Part shown: positions 9,564-16,764 of the stretch, piece by piece
Layout of the letters: the number at the start of each line of letters is the position of its first letter
Position numbering within the stretch: the first letter of the stretch is position 1
Sequence record: MG948468.1
Source of the DNA: Pantoea phage vB_PagS_Vid5
Reading direction: 5' to 3' (one strand)
DNA: 32,000 bases
Notes under the pieces: model-generated
What the model was told of the DNA's origin: nothing
Seen by the model: the letters and a program-made list of their open reading frames with translations, nothing else
Database searches by the model: none
Translations under genes and position numbers: made by a program

Positions 9564-10150
9564 TGATCATTAACCCATTTTCCATGGGTGTAGCTAATGC
9601 CCTTATGCAGAAGCATGTGGATATGGCGTTGGCTGCACAATTCGATTTTGGTGAAGCTGGAATTACGCGTGTCCATACCGGGGTAGGTGAAATCTCAATA
9701 GACGGTTATGTCTACTTCGGTTTGGGTCAAATGGGTGAGGTTGGACAGGTATCAGAGCAGAATAGCACCAGTCCAACGCAGCTATCGCTAACTCTTAGCG
9801 GTTTAAACACTCAGATGATATCAATCGTTTTAAACGAAAGGTGTATTGGACGGTCAGTGAAAACGTTTATAGTAGTGTTTGGTGAAGATATGACCACACT
9901 TGCTTATAACGGTCTGTTTGCTGGTAAGATCACGGGAACTTCTCTTGTCGCAGGTTCTCAGGGTGCTGTGCAGTTTACAGTGTCCAACATCTTTGAAGAA
10001 TGGTCTAAAGGTAAACCCTGGCGTTATACAGACGACTCACAGCGTAAGCTGCACAACGGTGACCGTATATTCCGGTACGTTGCTCAAATGTCAGAGCGAT
10101 CCATTTACTGGGGTAGCAAAAAGGATGCTCCACCTTTCCGTTACGAATGA
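9563..10150 (+). CDS. Tail protein of the distal tail complex (DUF2163-like)
   Basis: 195 aa; 'DFGEAGITRVHTGVGEISIDGYVYFGLGQMGEVGQVSEQ' pattern; order preserved with flanking distal tail genes. Confidence 0.5.
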   Translation: MIINPFSMGVANALMQKHVDMALAAQFDFGEAGITRVHTGVGEISIDGYVYFGLGQMGEVGQVSEQNSTSPTQLSLTLSGLNTQMISIVLNERCIGRSVKTFIVVFGEDMTTLAYNGLFAGKITGTSLVAGSQGAVQFTVSNIFEEWSKGKPWRYTDDSQRKLHNGDRIFRYVAQMSERSIYWGSKKDAPPFRYE

Positions 10151-10157
10151 GGTTAAG

Positions 10158-10559
10158 ATGAAGAAGCACAATTGGCAAACGGATTTTTTAAAAATGGTAG
10201 GTGAGAAAGCGACCGAACCTTTTGCCTGGGGTAGTAACGACTGTGCTATGTTTGCAGCTGACGCAGTGCTGCTGATTTGTGGTACGGACTTTGCCAAAGA
10301 GTTCCGGGGTAAGTACAAGACAGAAGTTGGTGCAAAACGTTCCATCGCTAAGCAGGGTGGTATGATTGAGGTTCTCAATGGAAAACTCGAAGCAATCCAT
10401 CCTAACTTTGCTCAAAGAGGTGACGTCGTACTTTTTGACGGTGAGCTTGGCGCTACTCTTGGTATTTATTGGAATGGTGGTGTATTTGCTGCTGGTCCGG
10501 ATGGTATAGTGCTTTTCGATGAGATCCACGACAAAATAACTAACGCGTGGAGGGTGTAA
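10158..10559 (+). CDS. NlpC/P60-related tail-tip protein (DUF6950-like)
   Basis: ATG at 10158 gives 'MKKHNWQTDFLKMVGEKATEPFAWGSNDCAMFAADAV...RGDVVLFDG'. The WGxxDC motif and position just before gpJ-like gene support the call. The track start at 9900 is inside the previous gene. Confidence 0.6.
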   Translation: MKKHNWQTDFLKMVGEKATEPFAWGSNDCAMFAADAVLLICGTDFAKEFRGKYKTEVGAKRSIAKQGGMIEVLNGKLEAIHPNFAQRGDVVLFDGELGATLGIYWNGGVFAAGPDGIVLFDEIHDKITNAWRV

Positions 10560-10560
10560 A

Positions 10561-13284
10561 ATGCCACCAGCCATTATTGCCGCTGCTATCGCTGTAGGTG
10601 CCACTGCTGCCGCGACCGCCGGTTACATCGCACTAACGACCGCCCTTTATATTACAATCGCTGCAACTGTCGCAGGTGCGCTTTTAACGAAGACCAACAT
10701 CCCAGCGATCGGGAACTACACATCCCAGTCTGAACGTAAGCAGGTGCTAAGGGCAGCGGTTGCACCGCAAGTACTTGTGTATGGCCGCACTGTTATTTCG
10801 GGATTGCTTTTCTTTGCGGAGGAACAACCGGGCGGTCAGGACCAGAAAGAATGGGTACATCTTGCGATAGCCCTGTGTGGTCATGAAATAGACCGTGTGG
10901 AACGTATATGGTTAGGTGAGGAATTGATCACCAGCTTCTCCTCCGACTTCGTCACATACCAGATTAATAACAATCTTACAGCAGCTGACCCGTTTATGCT
11001 TGCCAACTGTCCATCCTGGAAACCAGACATGATCGGTACTGGCATAACTTGGATGCGTTTAAGCTTGTGTTACGATGGTGAGATTTTCCCTGCTGGTATC
11101 CCTAACGTTAAAGCTGAGATTTTTGGTAAGCGTGTGTATGATCCGCGTGACGGTGCAACACGGTGGAGCTCTAACGCCGCTTTGTGTGTGCGCGATTATT
11201 ACAGGACGGTGCTGGGTGTACCGGATGAGGATATAGACGATCCCTTGTTTATCACCGCTGCTAACATCTGCGATGAAGACGTTGCTGCTGGTAGTAGTGC
11301 GGAAAAGCGTTATACGGTCAACGGTGCAATAGACGCTAGCGATGCCTGTGCTGGGGTGCTGGACGATATGCATCTGGCTTGCGGTGGCGAGCCTACTTAC
11401 TTTGCAGGGAAGCACGGAATCCTTGTGGGGGCGTATTATGGTCCAGCAACGATGGTCATTGACGAAGGTCAGATTATTGGCGATGTTAAGATTACTCCTG
11501 AAACGTCTTATAACGATAAAGTTAACATCGTCGGGGGTACGTTTGTCGACGCTGCCCAGGACTTCGTGGAAGCCGATTTCCCCCCTGTCGTCATACAGGA
11601 GTGGATCGACGAAGACGGGAACGAATTCCAACAAGACGTAAAGTACCGTTTTGTTATAAGTGAATTTCATGCGCAGCGCCTTGCACAGATTACCCTTGCG
11701 CGTAAGCGGTTGGGCCGCACGGTGGAGCTCAACCTTAACATGTTCGGCTATCGCTACCGCCCAGGTTATTACGTGTTGCTTAATATCAGTGTCCTGGGGA
11801 TTGTGAACCATGAGTTCCGCGTCACGGACTGGAAACTTAACGCGACCGGCGGTATCACTGTAACGCTGCGCGAAGAAACTCCACAAGTGTGGTTAGATGC
11901 TATTGGTAAGCCTATCGATAGACCTGATCTTACTACCCTGCCTAGCTCACAAGTACCTGCACCATACGACCTTGCGTACGAAGTGCTTAAGATCGGTGAC
12001 GTTGTTCAGGGTGAACTTACTTGGAAGAACGCGGGTCAAATTGCGTACAACAATGTTCTAATCAGACAGAACGGCGAGATGGTTTACACTGTCCAGGTTC
12101 CTGGTGAGAGTGTGCGCTTAAACGGGTTAGTGCGCGGTACGTACACAGCCGCTGTGGTCGCTGTTAGCGTCATGGGTGCTAAGTCCCCTGAGTCCTACCT
12201 TGAGTTTAATATACAAGCGCCTGCTAAGCCTACAGGGTGCGAGGTTCAGAACGGTTACTTTGCTATTACGCTTATCCCGCGCAGTGCAGATATTTCCGAA
12301 GTGAGCATGACTTACGATTTTTGGACAAGCGGGGAAACAAGATTAAGTAGCGCGTCTACAGAATTTGTGGAAGCTAATGCGAACCACGAAGGTCAGGGTC
12401 GTCAGTGGAACGATAATAACCTGCTTAATGACCACACCTATTACTGGTATGTTCGTGCGGTCAATGCTTTCGGTGCTTCGGAGTTCTTAGAGGTTCCAGC
12501 ACTTGTCACCGCGGACAACGCTGCTTTGTTAGATATCATCAACGAGAACATTCAAAAAACTGAGGCGTTTGCTAACCTTACACAATCAGCGGATGACTTG
12601 TGGGCTGCCGTAATAGAGAACGCGTTAACACACGAGGGTATCGTTACACGTCAGTATAAAGAGATCACTGCTTTAGATGTGAAACTTAGTGCTAGCATAA
12701 CGGAAGTAAGTACTTTAGTTGTTACTAACGATAAAGCTTATGCGGAAAAGTTCACACAGTTAAACGCATCCGTAAGCGGTATGCAGGGACAGGTTAATAC
12801 TATCTCCGCAACTGTACAGGAGACATCTAGCGCCTACGCGGATCTTAATGGTAAACTGTCTGCGCAATGGGGTATTAAGTTGCAGGTGAACACCGCAACG
12901 GGCTCCCGTTATGTTGCAGGGGTACAACTGGGTCTGGAAGCGAACGGTGGTACAGTCCAATCGTTGTTCCTTGTCAGCGCCAACACCTTTGGTGTGTACA
13001 ATCCGACAAACAACGGTCAGTCTTTAGCTTTTGCTATTCAAAACGGGCAGATGTTTGTCAACGAAGCTTTCATACCATATGCATCCATCACCCTTGCAAA
13101 ACTGGGAAGCTGGTACTCTGCGAACTACGTATCCGGTCAAACTGGTACAATTATGCGTGCGGACGGTTCGTTCGAGCTTAACGGGGTTACAGCGGGTCAA
13201 GGGCGTTTGGTGATCAACAACAACCGCATAGTTGTATTCGATACATCAAATAATCCGGTGTGTGTAATGGGAGCGCGTTTATAA
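10561..13284 (+). CDS. gpJ-like tail tip / host specificity protein
   Basis: 907 aa; N-terminal hub-like region, Fn3-like stretch, C-terminal 'FAIQNGQMFVNEAFIPYASI...RIVVFDTSNNPVCVMGARL' typical of lambda J-type proteins. Confidence 0.85.
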   Translation: MPPAIIAAAIAVGATAAATAGYIALTTALYITIAATVAGALLTKTNIPAIGNYTSQSERKQVLRAAVAPQVLVYGRTVISGLLFFAEEQPGGQDQKEWVHLAIALCGHEIDRVERIWLGEELITSFSSDFVTYQINNNLTAADPFMLANCPSWKPDMIGTGITWMRLSLCYDGEIFPAGIPNVKAEIFGKRVYDPRDGATRWSSNAALCVRDYYRTVLGVPDEDIDDPLFITAANICDEDVAAGSSAEKRYTVNGAIDASDACAGVLDDMHLACGGEPTYFAGKHGILVGAYYGPATMVIDEGQIIGDVKITPETSYNDKVNIVGGTFVDAAQDFVEADFPPVVIQEWIDEDGNEFQQDVKYRFVISEFHAQRLAQITLARKRLGRTVELNLNMFGYRYRPGYYVLLNISVLGIVNHEFRVTDWKLNATGGITVTLREETPQVWLDAIGKPIDRPDLTTLPSSQVPAPYDLAYEVLKIGDVVQGELTWKNAGQIAYNNVLIRQNGEMVYTVQVPGESVRLNGLVRGTYTAAVVAVSVMGAKSPESYLEFNIQAPAKPTGCEVQNGYFAITLIPRSADISEVSMTYDFWTSGETRLSSASTEFVEANANHEGQGRQWNDNNLLNDHTYYWYVRAVNAFGASEFLEVPALVTADNAALLDIINENIQKTEAFANLTQSADDLWAAVIENALTHEGIVTRQYKEITALDVKLSASITEVSTLVVTNDKAYAEKFTQLNASVSGMQGQVNTISATVQETSSAYADLNGKLSAQWGIKLQVNTATGSRYVAGVQLGLEANGGTVQSLFLVSANTFGVYNPTNNGQSLAFAIQNGQMFVNEAFIPYASITLAKLGSWYSANYVSGQTGTIMRADGSFELNGVTAGQGRLVINNNRIVVFDTSNNPVCVMGARL

Positions 13285-14264
13285 TGGCGATGGGTTTTCA
13301 GAGCTTTATCCGTGGCACGTCTTTTGACGTGCTCAATTCCATGTCCTATAACTTTGTCGTTGACATCCCTTATGTGTCCGGTGCTAGCAGTGCAACATAT
13401 AATCTTCCAGGATTCGTTATTAGAGCCACCATCTTTGACCTTTTTTCAACTAACAGAGGTGGGTTAACTTATAATGTTTCTGTTAGTGGCCAGACTGTTT
13501 CCTGGAACGTTTCTAGTTCCTGTAGATTATTGATAACAGCGACTCCTGCCGTGGGTTCCGATATCGCGCCAAACTTTACTTTCGCCCTTTATGACTATAG
13601 TGCAGGGGGTAGGACATTTAAATTGGCCCCTAACTTCACACCCTATACGTTAGGGCAGATGATAGACATCACCCCAGCATTTGGGCAGCTAATACAGACT
13701 AACATCCCTGTCGGTTATCCTATGATCGCCTTTCATAGGAGCATGGAGGGTAGCGGGTATGATTATGTGGTGTACACGCTGGAAAATATAAATGGCTTTT
13801 GGGGGCTAAGGTTCAGAAATAACTTCGGTGGTATACCGATGAGAGCTTGCAGGATTTATCTATTTTCTAAATGGTTGCGTAATATACCTGACTGGGGTTT
13901 CTTTATGTACCAACCAGGAACGACAACTCTAGTTTGGCATAGCAATTGTCTGCCTTTAAATATATTAGATGGTTCAGCTGGTAACGACGTTACTTCAGGC
14001 AACCCTTTAGCGGTAACTTCAAAAGTCTCATCCGCTATCACCGTAGCAAACGGACCTAACAACCCAGGAGTGTTCGACACTTACTTTAACTGCACCAGTG
14101 CAGGTCGCAACGCGGCTGGCAATTATGCCTGCACATTAACATTGAACTTTGCAGCTAACATCGCGTTTCAAGCCCCCACTAACCCAGGGTCATGGGCGTC
14201 AGGGGGCTTCATGTATATGGACACGAGCGTTTATGACACTTTTGGTCCTATCGCCCTGGGCTAG
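13284..14264 (+). CDS. Candidate receptor-binding protein downstream of gpJ
   Basis: ATG at 13284 overlaps the gpJ-like stop (TAATG); 326 aa beta-rich protein at the position where small siphoviruses often encode the RBP. No direct homology verified. Confidence 0.45.
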   Translation: MAMGFQSFIRGTSFDVLNSMSYNFVVDIPYVSGASSATYNLPGFVIRATIFDLFSTNRGGLTYNVSVSGQTVSWNVSSSCRLLITATPAVGSDIAPNFTFALYDYSAGGRTFKLAPNFTPYTLGQMIDITPAFGQLIQTNIPVGYPMIAFHRSMEGSGYDYVVYTLENINGFWGLRFRNNFGGIPMRACRIYLFSKWLRNIPDWGFFMYQPGTTTLVWHSNCLPLNILDGSAGNDVTSGNPLAVTSKVSSAITVANGPNNPGVFDTYFNCTSAGRNAAGNYACTLTLNFAANIAFQAPTNPGSWASGGFMYMDTSVYDTFGPIALG

Positions 14265-14299
14265 GACACTTTTGGTCCTATCGCCCTGGGCTAGGACAC
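14235..14299. repeat. 30-bp tandem duplication (about 2.2 copies)
   Basis: GACACTTTTGGTCCTATCGCCCTGGGCTAG at 14235-14264 and again at 14265-14294, followed by GACAC. Confidence 0.95.
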
Positions 14300-14514
14300 C
14301 CGTTAAGGTTGACGAACTGCTCCGCATTAGTCCAACCCTGGAACGGTGCGCCAGCAAGGTACTCCTGACCCTTGACGTCCTGCACAGCGAAGATCGGAAC
14401 ATGGATAAGCTGCTTGTGAAGAACCATCTCCGCGTGACATACCGGAGGTTTAGATTCGATAGCACAGCCGGACAGCACCAATGTGGTTAAGACAACAGCG
14501 ATAATCTTTTTCAT
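14278..14514 (-). CDS. Small lipoprotein; candidate superinfection-exclusion (Cor/Llp-like) protein
   Basis: 78 aa 'MKKIIAVVLTTLVLSGC|AIESKPP...' with a clear lipobox (LSGC) and RBS (GAGG) upstream; lies antisense directly downstream of the tail tip/RBP genes. Confidence 0.6.
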   Translation of the reverse strand: MKKIIAVVLTTLVLSGCAIESKPPVCHAEMVLHKQLIHVPIFAVQDVKGQEYLAGAPFQGWTNAEQFVNLNGCPSPGR

Positions 14515-14622
14515 AGTGACCTCTTTTGTTTAATGGTAGAATGTTTGAATGTTTTACAAACTAAGTATTACACCCATTGGATTAGATGTCCATACCTTCA
14601 GACGTATTAAGTAGGAGTTATT

Positions 14623-15858
14623 ATGGCCTGGTACAGAACAGGAACGATAGCAATCGCAAACGGGTCAACTACCGTTACGGGCACCAACACTAATTTCACG
14701 GATACTGCTACAGGACCTAACCCTGGCGATATGCTTATTGTCGGTGTCGGTGCAAACCTTCGAATCTACGAGATCCAAGCTATCAACAACGCGACACAGC
14801 TTACTTTAGCCACAGCGGCCACTTTAGCGGTTGCAGCGGGGTCCGCGTACCAAATCCAGACCAGCATGGCCACAAGTAACAGTGGGCTCGCTAAGAAAAT
14901 TAGCGCAACGATGGATCGTATGCTCAACAGTGTGCAGAACTGGATGAACATTCTTACGGGTGCCGGAGATGTGACGATTATCGACTATGAGGGTAAAAGC
15001 GCAACCGGTAAAGCTTGGCCTACCATGAGCGGTCTCGTAACTGGTGCATTACAAAAGGACAGCAACCTTAACGATGTCGCTAATAAACAAACCGCTAGAA
15101 GTAATATATCGGCATCCTCTGTCAGACTTTTAACGGAGGGTAGCGGAAACGATTGGTACGCTAACTTTACATCATCCATAGATATGGGTATTAAAAGCCA
15201 TTCAAATACCCAAAATACAGTCAGCCCGTGGGACGCTCCGGCGCAGTATACACTCGTAAACTATTTTCCGACAACCACAGTGAACATAGGTACTGCCCTT
15301 GCTAGTAGCTGGGGGTCAGATAACGAATATTACCTGAACTCTAAGAATTCTGCGGTGTCAGGATATCAGGGGTGGAAGGGCTGGTCTAGGTTGTGGCACA
15401 GCCGTAACACTTCTGTGGACAGCAACGGATTCATTAAAAAGGCTTCCCCGATAGTCAAGCTTTTTCGAGATGGTACTAGCGAGAAAAACGGAGAGGCTTC
15501 GGAGGTGTCGTCCACCAAGATTTCCACAGGGGTCTATAGGGTCACCGGGGTAAGAGGTTTCAATTCCGATGCAGCTTGGGGAGGCCCTGACGGTGGTATA
15601 GTTATTCCAAAAGATAAAAACGACATGCCCTTGCTGTGGGTCGATTATGAGGTCGAGGAAAGTGGAGACATAATTATCAAGACATACCACAGGGAAAATG
15701 GATCCGCTCCTAAGTTTGCGCAAAACAAGATTGACGGTTGTAAAGACGGAGACCCGATTGACATTCCAGAATATCGCTGGGTGGATATGCGTGTCGAAGT
15801 ATATATGGAAGAACAACCTGAGCCTCAAGAACAGCAGCAAGAGGAAACTGAGGAATGA
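14623..15858 (+). CDS. Side tail fibre protein
   Basis: 411 aa; N-terminal 'MAWYRTGTIAIANGSTTVTGTNTNFTD' and C-terminal fibre domain 'GVYRVTGVRGFNSDAAWGGPDGGIVIPKDKNDMPLLWVDYEVEESGDIIIKTYHR...PIDIPEYRWVDMRVEV'. Confidence 0.85.
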   Translation: MAWYRTGTIAIANGSTTVTGTNTNFTDTATGPNPGDMLIVGVGANLRIYEIQAINNATQLTLATAATLAVAAGSAYQIQTSMATSNSGLAKKISATMDRMLNSVQNWMNILTGAGDVTIIDYEGKSATGKAWPTMSGLVTGALQKDSNLNDVANKQTARSNISASSVRLLTEGSGNDWYANFTSSIDMGIKSHSNTQNTVSPWDAPAQYTLVNYFPTTTVNIGTALASSWGSDNEYYLNSKNSAVSGYQGWKGWSRLWHSRNTSVDSNGFIKKASPIVKLFRDGTSEKNGEASEVSSTKISTGVYRVTGVRGFNSDAAWGGPDGGIVIPKDKNDMPLLWVDYEVEESGDIIIKTYHRENGSAPKFAQNKIDGCKDGDPIDIPEYRWVDMRVEVYMEEQPEPQEQQQEETEE

Positions 15859-15862
15859 TAAA

Positions 15863-15886
15863 GGGGGCATAATGCCCCCTCTTTTT
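15863..15886 (+). terminator. Rho-independent terminator between converging tail fibre and small membrane protein genes
   Basis: GGGGGCA-TAA-TGCCCCC stem-loop (15863-15879) followed by TCTTTTT on the + strand; AAA on the left flank could give partial bidirectionality. Confidence 0.85.
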
Positions 15887-16103
15887 AATCTTCGTCCCTT
15901 TCGTGCGGAAAGTTAGCATCGAACCAAATGTTAGCCCACACAAGCGGCCAAACTACAACGATCATTAGCGAAGTAAATGTCCACGCTATTTTATTGTTAC
16001 GGTGATAGTAATAACGACGACTCATCCAGGAAGTTGTAACAGCCCCCACCAGAACCCAAACAACAAGAACCACCATCCAAAAGAACATCCGGTCGCTACT
16101 CAT
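15885..16103 (-). CDS. Small membrane protein with two predicted TM segments (holin-like topology)
   Basis: Start MSSDRMFF at 16103; 72 aa with hydrophobic segments FFWMVVLVVWVLVGAVTTSW and WTFTSLMIVVVWPLVWANIWF. Confidence 0.55.
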   Translation of the reverse strand: MSSDRMFFWMVVLVVWVLVGAVTTSWMSRRYYYHRNNKIAWTFTSLMIVVVWPLVWANIWFDANFPHERDED

Positions 16104-16104
16104 T

Positions 16105-16389
16105 TTAAACCTCGCTATTAAGTGTGAAACCTGAAACCCGTACCCTAGCACCGATCCGGGTTCGATAATCGCTGTGCGCTCGATACCGCGACACTGTGGT
16201 TACGACAACGTTATAGCTTTTACACCCCATACGCAAGTTTATACTCGTCTTGTATTTATCGTAGTCCATCTGCTTAATATTTGCTTGATACTTTCGAACC
16301 TGGATAGTCGGACCGCATCCTGCGCACTGGTTAAGTGTGTCCGTAGTTCCCAAGAGCAGAGGGACAGCAAGCAAACAACTTTTACTTAT
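16105..16389 (-). CDS. Small probably exported protein; start codon uncertain (TTG at 16374 or non-canonical ATA at 16389)
   Basis: Frame is open only from ATA AGT AAA AGT TGT TTG CTT... giving (M)SKSCLLAVPLLLG, signal-peptide-like; the ORF track uses TTG (89 aa). Confidence 0.4.
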   Translation of the reverse strand: MSKSCLLAVPLLLGTTDTLNQCAGCGPTIQVRKYQANIKQMDYDKYKTSINLRMGCKSYNVVVTTVSRYRAHSDYRTRIGARVRVSGFTLNSEV

Positions 16390-16706
16390 TTAACTGGAGA
16401 AAGTTCAGCCCTTACATCGCCGTACCAGCGGTGCAGAAGGTTGAAATCCTCGCTTTGTTCAATCACGGATGTGCAAGGGGCTTGTAAGTCCTGCGTACGA
16501 CTAGCATCACAGATACCTTCAAACCGCCCGGCGGTGTATGCACTGATAATAACAGCTTTGAGTTTAGACAAACATGCAGCCGTAGCTGCCGGGTCGTCAG
16601 TTTCGCAAACCATGTTCACGATCTGTTCGGTCCCGGTAGCTACTGGCGCCGCTGCTGGTTGAATGAAAGGCGCTGCTAAGAGCGCCGTAAGTAAGACGTA
16701 TTTCAT
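16386..16706 (-). CDS. Secreted/periplasmic small protein of unknown function
   Basis: 106 aa, signal peptide MKYVLLTALLAAPFIQPAAA, four Cys residues in the mature part, strong RBS GGAGGAG upstream. Confidence 0.6.
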   Translation of the reverse strand: MKYVLLTALLAAPFIQPAAAPVATGTEQIVNMVCETDDPAATAACLSKLKAVIISAYTAGRFEGICDASRTQDLQAPCTSVIEQSEDFNLLHRWYGDVRAELSPVK

Positions 16707-16764
16707 AACTCCTCCTTTGTTGTTGGACGAGCTAAATATACTTTAGATGTGTTTGGCTCTGCAA

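Noticed and set aside
9900-10157. N-terminal extension of the NlpC/P60-like ORF in the track
   Set aside because: This part overlaps the previous gene; the ATG at 10158 starts the recognisable domain with an RBS-like AGG upstream.
11059-11886. 275-aa - strand ORF inside the gpJ-like gene
   Set aside because: Antisense to a conserved structural gene, no recognisable domain.
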